Assembly: GCA_964558645.1 (NCBI GenBank)
Contig: CAZLEV010000013.1
Span: 44,995 to 108,994, forward strand
Source of the DNA: an uncultured archaeon
Lineage (GTDB): Archaea > Asgardarchaeota > Thorarchaeia > Thorarchaeales > Thorarchaeaceae
Direction: 5' to 3'
Length of the DNA: 64,000 nt
The notes beneath the pieces are model-generated. The model was not told the DNA's origin. It saw nothing but the letters and a program-made list of their open reading frames with translations, and did not search any database. Position 1 is the stretch's first letter; every line of letters begins with the position of its first letter. Position numbers and translations under genes: made by a program. Shown here in pieces: positions 20,377 through 29,719 of the stretch.

Positions 20377-20566
20377 GTATATCAACAGCTACCGAAAACG
20401 TAGACAGAGTTGTACATTTCCGCGTAAGAGTCAGTGTCCTCCAGCCATTGACTGAGAACTGGTCACTCACGCGGCATCGCTGACCACGACGAAGACCACC
20501 CAATGCCGTTACCTAGGGGGACAAATCTCTGGTGTCCAAGCTTGTCCAATATACAATGAGCAATTG
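20377..20566 (+). repeat. Dispersed non-coding element of about 190 bp (MITE-like), copy 1
   Basis: Ungapped alignment with 25225-25414 (145/190 identical, hand count) and with the reverse complement of 52811-53000. Confidence 0.9.
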
Positions 20567-20668
20567 ATCCTGGCACTTTTTCGAGGGCATCTTGATAGGA
20601 AGCAAGGCCTCACAGAGTTGATTACAGCGCTACTTCCCGAAGAATGGAACCCCAGTGGCCAGATTTGT

Positions 20669-21619
20669 CTAGTCTGCAGTGAACGCTCTCTGAGGGGGGA
20701 CGAACCATTCCTCAAGAGAGATCTGTGAACGAGTATCGAGGATGTCTTGGTTCTCATAGAGGTCTCGCAAGAAGAGATTGTATTGTGGGATATCTGACGA
20801 ACGGACGGTTGCAAACAGGCTGTATGGCTCGCTTGTTCTATGGAGGTCCCATACGGCATCCATGTCTTTCATGAAGTGAGCAGCCTCCCGAATCTTTCCT
20901 GGCCGAACCTTGACTTCCAGAAAGAACTTGATTGGTAGTCCCAGATAAGCAAAATGTAGATCGAGGGAGTAACCGACAAGGACTCCCTGTTCCTGAAGGC
21001 GCCCAATAGCCTTCGACACTGCTGGCTGAGTTATCGGCTTCTGCATTCTCGCTCCTATCTCTTTCTGAGAGAGAGGTAACAGACAATCTTCAGACGGCCA
21101 TTGGCGGCGAATCACCTGAATCAGCTCATGCTCCGAAGACATGAGGGTTCGTGTCGTGTTTCGCTCCTCTATCACAAATCCGCTTGATTTGTATGTCGTG
21201 AGAACCTGCACTAGCTGATACATCTTGCTATCAGAGGCCGCTATGATACGATCGATCTTGTTCAGGAAATGCTCAAAGGACTGCCCCTTTCTGAACCTGA
21301 ACAAGGCAAGAAGAGAGTAGTCGCCGGACACACCGTCAAGTGATTCAAGACCAGGAATCTCAAGTAATGCTCTGCTGACATTCAACTCTCGAGGATTAGA
21401 CTTGATGAGTACCATAGTATTGCGCTCTGCATAGACAAGAGCAGGGTTGAGAATCGTAGTATACGCACGGATGATACCTCTTCGAACAAGCCGCTTCATT
21501 CTTCGTGCTATCCAATTACGGCCCTTCCCAGTAGTCAAAGCGATGTCTTTGATATCAGCCCGAGAGTCACGAACCAAGGCCCACAATAACTCCTGTTCGG
21601 CGTCTGTTATGGATTGCAT
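20669..21619 (-). CDS. Tandem (double) Lrp/AsnC family transcriptional regulator
   Basis: Two HTH+RAM units (LVRDSR..RMKRLVRRGII..VSGDYSLL; SQKEIG..AIGRLQEQGVL..RTSEPYSL). Confidence 0.85.
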   Translation of the reverse strand: MQSITDAEQELLWALVRDSRADIKDIALTTGKGRNWIARRMKRLVRRGIIRAYTTILNPALVYAERNTMVLIKSNPRELNVSRALLEIPGLESLDGVSGDYSLLALFRFRKGQSFEHFLNKIDRIIAASDSKMYQLVQVLTTYKSSGFVIEERNTTRTLMSSEHELIQVIRRQWPSEDCLLPLSQKEIGARMQKPITQPAVSKAIGRLQEQGVLVGYSLDLHFAYLGLPIKFFLEVKVRPGKIREAAHFMKDMDAVWDLHRTSEPYSLFATVRSSDIPQYNLFLRDLYENQDILDTRSQISLEEWFVPPQRAFTAD

Positions 21620-21709
21620 CGTATCATGCCACAGAGATGTATTATCATTACTAGAACATATGGAGGATTCAAATAAGTCCTACTGAAAGAAACAGGTGGG
21701 TAGAATCAC

Positions 21710-22966
21710 TTGACAGATTATAAGGTGAAAGACATAGAACTTGCCGAAGAAGGCAGGGGTCTAATAGAATACGCAGAGAAACACATGCCTGTATTGATGC
21801 ATCTGAGGGAGAGATATTCCAAGGAAAAACCACTGAAGGGAATGAAGATCTCCGGTTGTCTCCACGTGACCAAGGAAACGGCAGTGCTCGTCGAAACTCT
21901 TAGAGAAGCAGGAGCAGAAGTTGCTTGGTCAGGCTGCAACCCACTATCAACAAATGATAAGGTCGCGGCAGCGCTCGCAGCAAATGACGTCCCGATCTTC
22001 GCATGGCACGGACTGAACAATGAGGAGTACTACTGGTGTATAGAACAGACACTCAAGCAGGAACCAAACCTGACCATCGACGATGGTGCAGACCTGATAT
22101 TCACATTGCATAACAAACACCAGGAACTGATTCCAAACCTCTATGGAGGATCTGAAGAGACTACAACAGGTGTCATCAGAATACGGGCAATGGCTGAAGA
22201 TGGCGCGCTGAAGTATCCAATCATGGCGGTGAATGACGCTGATACAAAGCACCTGTTTGATAATGTATACGGAACTGGACAGAGTGTCTTCGACGGTGTG
22301 ATGAGGGCCTCGGCAATTCTAATTGCTGGAAAGACGGTAGTCATCGCGGGCTATGGTTTCTGTGGCAGAGGAATGGCAGAGCGGGCAAGAGGCCTCGGTG
22401 CAAACGTGATCGTGACAGAGGTCGACCCTGTTCGAGGGCTCCAGGCGCGAATGGACGGTTTCCAGGTCATGAAGATGGACGAGGCTGCTCCTAAGGGAGA
22501 CCTGTTCCTGACGGCTACCGGTATGAGAGATGTGATTGTGGGACGTCACATGAAGATGATGAAAGATGGTGCCATCATGGGCAATGCGGGCCACTATAAT
22601 GTGGAGATCAATGAACCTGATCTGGACAGGATTGCTACGGATAAGAAACGAGTTCGTCCTGCCCTGGATCAGTACACAATCAAAGATGGGCGCAGGCTCT
22701 ATCTGTTGGGTGAGGGCAGACTGGTTAATCTGGTGGCAGCTGAAGGACATCCCAGTGAGGTGATGGACCTGTCCTTCGCTGGTCAATTGAACGCGATGCT
22801 CTGGCTTACGAAACATGGTAAGAACCTAGAACCAGCAGTCTATGAGTTCCCCGATGAGCTCGACAAGAAGACAGCACGCGACAAGCTCGAAACCATGGGC
22901 ATCGAAATCGATGAATGGACACCCGAACAGGAGGCCTACGCTAAGGCCTACGCCGAAGGAACCTAG
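21710..22966 (+). CDS. ahcY: S-adenosylhomocysteine hydrolase
   Basis: GCLHVTKETA, CNPLST, EETTTG, KHLFDNVYGTGQS, GYGFCGRG, GRLVNL..GHPSEVMD. Confidence 0.97.
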   Translation: MTDYKVKDIELAEEGRGLIEYAEKHMPVLMHLRERYSKEKPLKGMKISGCLHVTKETAVLVETLREAGAEVAWSGCNPLSTNDKVAAALAANDVPIFAWHGLNNEEYYWCIEQTLKQEPNLTIDDGADLIFTLHNKHQELIPNLYGGSEETTTGVIRIRAMAEDGALKYPIMAVNDADTKHLFDNVYGTGQSVFDGVMRASAILIAGKTVVIAGYGFCGRGMAERARGLGANVIVTEVDPVRGLQARMDGFQVMKMDEAAPKGDLFLTATGMRDVIVGRHMKMMKDGAIMGNAGHYNVEINEPDLDRIATDKKRVRPALDQYTIKDGRRLYLLGEGRLVNLVAAEGHPSEVMDLSFAGQLNAMLWLTKHGKNLEPAVYEFPDELDKKTARDKLETMGIEIDEWTPEQEAYAKAYAEGT

Positions 22967-22976
22967 GTTGTGACCG

Positions 22977-23004
22977 ATGGAGTGGGCCTAGGATTCCACT
23001 CCAT
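22977..23004 (+). terminator. Hairpin downstream of ahcY
   Basis: ATGGAGTGG-N10-CCACTCCAT perfect 9-bp stem starting 10 nt after the stop codon. Confidence 0.55.
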
Positions 23005-23157
23005 TCTATAGAGGACAACACCAGGCAACTCTTCCACAGCATGCAGCCATCCAGTCAAGATTGGGGTCAGCACCGTTAAGCTGGCTGATATATCGACAGC
23101 AGAACCAAACTAGTTGCATACGCTAGGCCTTAAGTAGCAAGAGGGTGAACAAAGAAA

Positions 23158-24726
23158 ATGGCGAGTGAAATGTCTCGAAGATTCTCTTTCCTGGTTGTCT
23201 TCTCATTACTTGTGTTACCTCTAGCTGGAGTGCCCCTCACCCAATGGAGTACTGTTCCCCCTGATGTTCAATTCGAATCGCAGACTATGGCGGCAGACCC
23301 CGTGTTTCCCAGGGGGCCAACGGTTCACATGGTAAACAAGACCGCAGCTATGATCTACTGGAAGACGAACACTGAAACAGATGCCACCGTGAAGTATGGA
23401 AGTACTTCCGATAGCTTGGATTTAACGGTAGAGAACTCAACGCTTAGTACAGAACACCGAATCTGGATTGGTGGTCTGACTGCCGGTACTACCGTATACT
23501 ACCAGGCTGTTTCAGATGGTACAAGCAGTGAGGTGTATTATTTCAAGACCGAACCTGAGGATGGCGAGCCGTTCAAGCTCATAGCGCTGGGTGATCCCCA
23601 GCCCATCCCAGGAATCGAACCAGAGCAGTCCGAGGTCTTCAAAGATATTATTACAATGGTACGCAATGAGGAGCCCCATCTTGTCATAATCCTGGGCGAC
23701 TATGTCCACGATCTGTCAGACACAGACGAGGAATACAACGCCATTTGCTGGGGAAACTACCTCAATGTCACCGACAAGATAGGCCATTATGCTCCAATCT
23801 ACGGAGTGATTGGGAATCATGATACGATGTCAGGCGAACGGTACGCAGATGGTTTCCTAGACGCCTTCCAGCAATACGGTGGAGATTCCACCTATTTCTC
23901 ATTCGATTATGCAGGTGTTCACTTCACGCTTCTTGACAGTGAAATGCCCGAGTTCCAAGGTAGAATAGGAGGGGCACAGTACGACTGGCTAGTGAATGAC
24001 CTCGAGAGCACTGATAAGGACATCAAGTTTGTAATGGTTCATCAACCGATGTTTCCAGTCAGCGCGATACGTAGCTCTCTGGACAGGAATCAGACAGAGT
24101 GGAACCGACTCCAGAACTTGTTTGAAGAACAGAACGTCACCGTCTTTCTGGCAGGACATGATCATGTCTTCCAGAGGGTGACGGTGAACGGAGTTGTATA
24201 CGTTACTTCAGCAGGGGCAGGGCCGAAACTCTATCATACTCCTTGGGGCGGTGACTTCAACCATTACACACGCTGGAATCTCTCGTCTGTATCTGTTGAG
24301 TTAGAGGTCATCAATGTAGATGAAGAAGTGGCAGCGGACTATGCGCTTCCATATCAAGGCCATATCGAGATTGCTCTGCGAAGGCACTTCAATACATCCA
24401 ATGGGCGGCCCGATGAGTCCCCCTTGATTCTGTTTAGTGAAATCCCGCAAGAGAAATACTTCTCGTGGGACGGTGGGGAAAACAGCACAGTGCTCGGGAC
24501 TTTCCCCGACAGCAACGGGCTTCATACTCTTGATGTCTACGCCCAGGGTTCAGACGGTGTATGGAATCACAAGTATTACGAGTTTACTACTGTTGGCGGC
24601 GAAGAAACAGAAACAACGCCTCTCCCACCATCGGATATTGATCCTCTCATCGTTACGGGTGTGATTGGAGTCGCGTCGGTGATAGTTGTCATCGTTCTAT
24701 ATAGACGGAAACTTAGCAGTGCATGA
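23158..24726 (+). CDS. Surface-anchored purple-acid-phosphatase-like metallophosphoesterase with N-terminal FN3-type domain
   Basis: Signal peptide; GLTAGTTVYYQ; GDPQ, GDYV, GNHD, HQP, GHDH; C-terminal TM plus RRK. Confidence 0.9.
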   Translation: MASEMSRRFSFLVVFSLLVLPLAGVPLTQWSTVPPDVQFESQTMAADPVFPRGPTVHMVNKTAAMIYWKTNTETDATVKYGSTSDSLDLTVENSTLSTEHRIWIGGLTAGTTVYYQAVSDGTSSEVYYFKTEPEDGEPFKLIALGDPQPIPGIEPEQSEVFKDIITMVRNEEPHLVIILGDYVHDLSDTDEEYNAICWGNYLNVTDKIGHYAPIYGVIGNHDTMSGERYADGFLDAFQQYGGDSTYFSFDYAGVHFTLLDSEMPEFQGRIGGAQYDWLVNDLESTDKDIKFVMVHQPMFPVSAIRSSLDRNQTEWNRLQNLFEEQNVTVFLAGHDHVFQRVTVNGVVYVTSAGAGPKLYHTPWGGDFNHYTRWNLSSVSVELEVINVDEEVAADYALPYQGHIEIALRRHFNTSNGRPDESPLILFSEIPQEKYFSWDGGENSTVLGTFPDSNGLHTLDVYAQGSDGVWNHKYYEFTTVGGEETETTPLPPSDIDPLIVTGVIGVASVIVVIVLYRRKLSSA

Positions 24727-24768
24727 GAAAGAGGGGACATCTCCTCTGCTCTTATGCCGCGTAGAAAT

Positions 24769-25167
24769 TCATTCAGCAGTTCTTGGGCCATATAATTCGT
24801 GGATATTGCCCTCTGGATCTGCAAACATTGCAGTACGTCGCATCCACGGTGTATCGTGTGGCTCCCGAATGGGAGTGGCTCCAGCTTGGATTATCTCATG
24901 ATAGCCCTCATCAACAGCCTCAGAACTGGGCAGAGGAAATGCATGCTCAAAAGATTGACCCCCTCGTTCCCTCCTATACGACTCATGATTACTGAGCCCG
25001 TGCAAGGTGGAACGAGCACAGATGGCAAATCTGACGCCCTCACTCTCGAATTCCACATAATCCTCGGTGATGTAGTTCTTCTCGAAACCGAGGACCGACG
25101 AGTAGAAACTCGCCACTTCTTCCACATCATTGGCCAGTACTGTCACAAGTCCAATTCGGGTCTTCAT
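24769..25167 (-). CDS. VOC/glyoxalase family protein
   Basis: ASFYSSVLGF, EPHDTPWMRRTAMFADPEGNIHEL. Confidence 0.9.
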   Translation of the reverse strand: MKTRIGLVTVLANDVEEVASFYSSVLGFEKNYITEDYVEFESEGVRFAICARSTLHGLSNHESYRRERGGQSFEHAFPLPSSEAVDEGYHEIIQAGATPIREPHDTPWMRRTAMFADPEGNIHELYGPRTAE

Positions 25168-25224
25168 GCTGAGTAATCACCAGATAGCTCTTGAACACGA
25201 ATAGAGAACTGTTTTTCGATATGG

Positions 25225-25414
25225 GTATACTAACAGCTACCGAAAACGTGGACAAATCTGGACAGTTCAGCGCAGGAGTCTATACCCTCCAGTCCATGAC
25301 TGAGAGCTAGTCACTCACACACTATCGCTGACCACGACAGAAACCACCCAGTGCTGTTACCCGGAGGTACAACTCTCTGGTGTCCAAGTCTGCCCAGCAT
25401 ACAGTGAACGGTCC
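25225..25414 (+). repeat. Dispersed non-coding element of about 190 bp, copy 2
   Basis: AACAGCTACCGAAAACGTGGACA...CTCTGGTGTCCAAG...ATACAGTGAACGG; ungapped match to copies 1 and 3. Confidence 0.9.
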
Positions 25415-25601
25415 AATCTTAAGCATACTATACCTGGGAATGGAGAAGACAAGAGGTGGGAGCCAGCAAGGCATCAATACATTGGGTGTGGTATACTTAC
25501 CGTGATTCCCTGCAAGCAACCCACCGCCCTATTGTATGATAGAACTTCTACTAAAGCGTTTTCACAGGAGAGTTGAACGAAAAACGCCATATGGAGACTG
25601 G

Positions 25602-26801
25602 TTAGAATACCTCTCCAAGGGGCTCATCGAGCAGGTATTCTTCGTCTGCTCTCCACTCACCATCACCGAGATAGTTCTTGTGATAGAAGAAGTAGGTGAA
25701 TGATGAATCAAGCTGTAGCTGAAACACATCTAGATTACGAGTGTGTTCCCATATGAACTCCGATACTTCAGGGGCCACTGAGGGAGGGGCCGTGATGAAA
25801 AGAACAAAGCGTTTCTCCTCTATGCTGGCCTTCGACTCGAAGGGTATACCTCCAGACTGTAAGAACCAATACAGACTGTCGGCATCGAGTTCGTCATCCT
25901 CTTTGAACTGCCCGGTCATGAGTTGAGGATAGGTCAAGTCGAAGACTGACCTGTCATAGTAGAGCATGTCATCTGGTGCCACACTCTCTCTAAGTCGCTT
26001 GAGCCTCCTTGAAACTGTAGTTGGATCCCGATTGTAGACTGGACCCAGCGGCTTGATATCCGGTTTTCCGTTGATAGTGAGTTCTCTCAAGAGAGCTAGG
26101 TCTATTTCATCGAAACAGAATGCCATCTCAGGTCGGGATGGTTCAAGAGGGCGACCATCATATGTGTCTTGAAATCTCCTCCAGAGGCTCTCAATGCGAC
26201 TCAGGTGGCTGCCTCTTCCTGACTTTGTACCATATTCTACAGCCCATTTGTTCTCAACAAGACTCCATTTGTCAAAGTCCGCTTCGTGCTCTGCCAATGA
26301 TTGTGTTTCGTAGAGTTGGAATACACGGAACAGATTACGTTCCTTGAGCTCCGCATACATCTTGGCCATCAGCTCGGTAGCAGCTGGAGGTATGTCGAAC
26401 TGGGCATAGAGAGTGGCTCCACTGCTGTAGCCTATTGTACGGAAATGCGTGTAGGGATGGACGTCACAGAGGGTCTTGAGATTGTCGAGAGATGAACGCC
26501 CAAGAACATCCACAAATAGCACATGCTGACGCAGAAGGCCCAATCGGTGAGGTCTGTAGACGGCTTCCACTTCTGTCTGGGTTCTATTTCCAAAAATGGG
26601 ATCCTTTATCGTACGATCGGGTCGCAAGAAACCTGAATCTTTCATCCTCTGGATACGAATCCTGACAGACTCCGAGGAGATGGGTACTCTCTCACTCACC
26701 TCCCTGCTAATGGCGGTGTTACTTAGAGATGGGTCTCTCTCGTGGCTGAGAAAAATGAGATAGTCCTTGAGGTCTAGACCATAGCTACTCCAAGCCACCA
26801 T
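25602..26801 (-). CDS. Lrp/AsnC-like protein with two HTH units
   Basis: LDLKDYLIF..ISREV..VRIRIQRMKDSG and FDEIDLALLREL..DPTTVSRRLKRLRE. Confidence 0.7.
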   Translation of the reverse strand: MVAWSSYGLDLKDYLIFLSHERDPSLSNTAISREVSERVPISSESVRIRIQRMKDSGFLRPDRTIKDPIFGNRTQTEVEAVYRPHRLGLLRQHVLFVDVLGRSSLDNLKTLCDVHPYTHFRTIGYSSGATLYAQFDIPPAATELMAKMYAELKERNLFRVFQLYETQSLAEHEADFDKWSLVENKWAVEYGTKSGRGSHLSRIESLWRRFQDTYDGRPLEPSRPEMAFCFDEIDLALLRELTINGKPDIKPLGPVYNRDPTTVSRRLKRLRESVAPDDMLYYDRSVFDLTYPQLMTGQFKEDDELDADSLYWFLQSGGIPFESKASIEEKRFVLFITAPPSVAPEVSEFIWEHTRNLDVFQLQLDSSFTYFFYHKNYLGDGEWRADEEYLLDEPLGEVF

Positions 26802-26879
26802 ATTCAGTCACGCCTTCTTGATACAAACGTCATATAATCAAGAGAACCGGTCAACGCAATCGCACCGCCGGTTCTCATA

Positions 26880-27383
26880 TCAATAGACTCCAAAGGCCGG
26901 TTTTCCGCCTTCACTTCCTCCAGGTGGGTCAAAGACATACTCTACCGAGTCCTCGGCAATAGCGGGGTAGACCATCAAAGCGTCCACGAAGACTGTATAA
27001 TCGCCGCTCTCCGTTGCATGATCAAAGAACACGTTGTGGAGACGGACAGTGTGAACCCATGCGAGTACATAGACCAGATATGAATACTGGTTGCCTGAAG
27101 GTAGTTGAAGAGTAATCACATAGGCGAACTCGTAGTATGGGAAGTCAGCGAGATCGAACCTCACGATTACAAGGACATCGTTCTCAAGGAGATCCTGATC
27201 CAGGTCCAGATAGCATGCGTCTTCAATTGTCACCTTGATTTCTGCTGTGTAGTCTGTAGAGTCGGACGACGCAGCGTGAGCAACGGGAGTGGTCGCCATC
27301 ACCAGAAACACGGAGAAGAGTACTGCCATGACTGCAGCCGTTCTTCTTGAATCCCACCGGATATTGCAGCTTATGGTTCTCAT
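26880..27383 (-). CDS. Secreted hypothetical protein
   Basis: Signal peptide ending PVAHA; acidic beta-rich domain with DLDQD. Confidence 0.7.
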   Translation of the reverse strand: MRTISCNIRWDSRRTAAVMAVLFSVFLVMATTPVAHAASSDSTDYTAEIKVTIEDACYLDLDQDLLENDVLVIVRFDLADFPYYEFAYVITLQLPSGNQYSYLVYVLAWVHTVRLHNVFFDHATESGDYTVFVDALMVYPAIAEDSVEYVFDPPGGSEGGKPAFGVY

Positions 27384-27560
27384 GGCCTATATCTCTCCTC
27401 TGCATGGAAGCAAGGAAGGCATTTATTCGTTTTGGGAAGTCGTGCACACTGTTTTTCCAGAATCATTTATATATTTGCTTGTTATACGTGCGTGCTATCA
27501 GGGGATCAGTTTTCCCCTGCGGAGTCCCTTCTGGAGAGAGAGGGACTAGCGGTGATTGTG

Positions 27561-29660
27561 ATGAGAAGTCAAAAGAAGATAATGCTCTTCTCAGCCATTC
27601 TAGTACCACTGCTTCTTTTTTCAAGTGCAAATATCGCACTTGCTGGTACTATTGGTGAACAGAAGATAGTAGATGCAGTCATCCTGTTCAAGCCTGGTGT
27701 CGATGTGAACCTGCGCGATGCAGATATCACCCATCGATATAGTGCTCTAAACGGGATAGCAGCAAGGATGCCTCTCTGGCTCTATAAATCACTCGAGTCG
27801 ATGTGGTTTGTCGATGCCATTGCCCTCGACGAAGAGATGAGTCTGTTTCAGGACACCCTTGACTGGGGAGTCGACGCTATCGACGCCGAGGTAGTCTGGG
27901 GCGGTGCCCAGGGTGCCACAGATGTCATCCCGGGTAATATTGCCGGTGCAGGAGTAAAAGTCGCCATTCTCGACACAGGCATTGATTATACCCACCCGGA
28001 CCTCGAAATCAATTACGCAGGAGGTTATGACTTCGTGGACAATGACAATGATCCCAAGGATGGGCACGGTCATGGCACCCATTGCGCTGGGATTGTTGCG
28101 GCTGCAGACAACGACTTGGGAGTCATTGGTGTTGCTCCAATGGCATCGATTTACGCTGTACGAGTTTTGAACGATCAGGGTTCAGGTTATACCAGCGATA
28201 TAATCGCGGGGATTGATTGGTCGGTGGATAATAGCATGCATGTCATCTCGATGAGCCTCGGTGGAGGTAGCTACGACAGTGCCTTCAACGCTGCCATCAA
28301 TCGTGCATATGATGCCAACATAGTTGTTGTTGCAGCCTCGGGGAATGACGGAAAGGGGACTATTTCCTATCCTGCAAAATACGAGAATGCCATTGCTGTG
28401 GGAGCCATCGACAAGAATTATCAGCTAGCCAGCTTCAGTAACTACGGACCTGAACAGGAAGTTGTGGCGCCAGGTGTTGACATATACTCAACTATGCCCA
28501 CATACACTGTCACAATGAACAGTTGGTGGTATGGCGGATATAGCAAGAACTACGATACCATGAGCGGTACATCGATGGCCTGCCCGATGGTGGCTGGTGC
28601 TGTAGCCCTCGTTCGTGAAGCGAACCCAGACTTGACTGCACCCGAGATAAGGAACATCTTGCATACAACCTCAGTTGACCTTGGAGAGCAAGGATGGGAT
28701 CAGTACTATGGCTATGGCCTCGTTAATGCTAAGGCAGCTGTCGATGAGGCAGGTGAGGGTACGCCACCTGACACCACACCACCTGCAAAAGTCACGGGCC
28801 TAACGGCCACTACAGCTTCCCATTCTCAGATAGACCTTAGCTGGGATGCAAATACCGAGGAAGACCTCAGCCACTACAACGTCTATCGCGATGGTGCAAA
28901 GATTGCAGAGACTACGAATACATACCTCAGCGATACGGGTCTCTCACCCGAAACAACTTACACATACGAGGTATCAGCTCTGGACACCTCAGGCAATGAG
29001 GGAGAGAAGTCGGATTCAGCGTCAGCAACAACCGATCCTGAACCACCCGATACAACCCCGCCCGATAAGGTGACTGGTCTCTCGGCTAATGCCATCTCGC
29101 AAACAGGGATAGACCTTAGCTGGAATGCAAATACCGAAGAGGATCTCAGCCATTACAACGTATACCGCGATGGTGTCAAAATCGCAGAAACGATCAACAG
29201 CTACTACACAGACAGTGGCCTGTCCTCGCAAACAACCTACACCTACGAAGTTTCAGCTGTGGACACCTCGGGCAACGAGGGGCAGAAGTCTGACCCCGCC
29301 TCAGCAACCACTTATGGCGAGAACTCGATACATGTTGCATCTATCGATATGTGGTATCAAACAGTGAGATGGTGGTGGTTCGTCATTGGTTACGATGTCT
29401 TCACAAAGGTAACGGTACATGACGGAAGCGGAAATGCTTTGGAAGGCGTGACTGTATACCTTGAGATGGAATTACCGGGTGGCGGAACCGCAACGGGCAA
29501 TGCAAATACGGGAGCCGACGGAAGTGTCACGTTCGTCTATGAGGCGAGTTCCAGTCAGAAGGGCACGTACACATCGACGGTGACTAACCTTGTCAAGAGT
29601 GGATACACCTATGTCCCAGACGACAATGTTCAGACGTCCGAAAGCCTGAATGTGCCATAG
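27561..29660 (+). CDS. Secreted subtilisin (S8) with two FN3 domains and a C-terminal Ig-like domain
   Basis: Catalytic triad VAILDTGID, HGTHCAG, GTSMACP; signal peptide after ATG 27561. Confidence 0.93.
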   Translation: MRSQKKIMLFSAILVPLLLFSSANIALAGTIGEQKIVDAVILFKPGVDVNLRDADITHRYSALNGIAARMPLWLYKSLESMWFVDAIALDEEMSLFQDTLDWGVDAIDAEVVWGGAQGATDVIPGNIAGAGVKVAILDTGIDYTHPDLEINYAGGYDFVDNDNDPKDGHGHGTHCAGIVAAADNDLGVIGVAPMASIYAVRVLNDQGSGYTSDIIAGIDWSVDNSMHVISMSLGGGSYDSAFNAAINRAYDANIVVVAASGNDGKGTISYPAKYENAIAVGAIDKNYQLASFSNYGPEQEVVAPGVDIYSTMPTYTVTMNSWWYGGYSKNYDTMSGTSMACPMVAGAVALVREANPDLTAPEIRNILHTTSVDLGEQGWDQYYGYGLVNAKAAVDEAGEGTPPDTTPPAKVTGLTATTASHSQIDLSWDANTEEDLSHYNVYRDGAKIAETTNTYLSDTGLSPETTYTYEVSALDTSGNEGEKSDSASATTDPEPPDTTPPDKVTGLSANAISQTGIDLSWNANTEEDLSHYNVYRDGVKIAETINSYYTDSGLSSQTTYTYEVSAVDTSGNEGQKSDPASATTYGENSIHVASIDMWYQTVRWWWFVIGYDVFTKVTVHDGSGNALEGVTVYLEMELPGGGTATGNANTGADGSVTFVYEASSSQKGTYTSTVTNLVKSGYTYVPDDNVQTSESLNVP
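28764..29312 (+). repeat. Intragenic tandem duplication (279-nt period) encoding two FN3 domains
   Basis: TAGACCTTAGCTGG at 28831 and 29110; PDTTPP.KVTGL..IDLSW.ANTEEDLSHYNVYRDG occurs twice. Confidence 0.9.
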
Positions 29661-29675
29661 AGCGAGAAACTCTTT

Positions 29676-29719
29676 GGATGGGAATGCGTATTCATATTGT
29701 GTTCCCATCCCTCTTTTTT
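29676..29719. terminator. Hairpin plus T-tract between the convergent subtilisin and MFS genes
   Basis: GGATGGGAA...TTCCCATCC stem followed by CTCTTTTTT. Confidence 0.65.

Noticed and set aside
20312-20503. ORFs overlapping the repeat copies (also 25322-25519 and 49798-49986)
   Set aside because: Homologous frames contain stops in other copies and substitutions show no evident codon bias.
20377-20566. 190-bp element as an integron attC site or CRISPR repeat
   Set aside because: It has AAC...GTT-like ends, but it is longer than known attC sites, dispersed rather than arrayed, in both orientations, and has no spacers, integrase or cas genes nearby.
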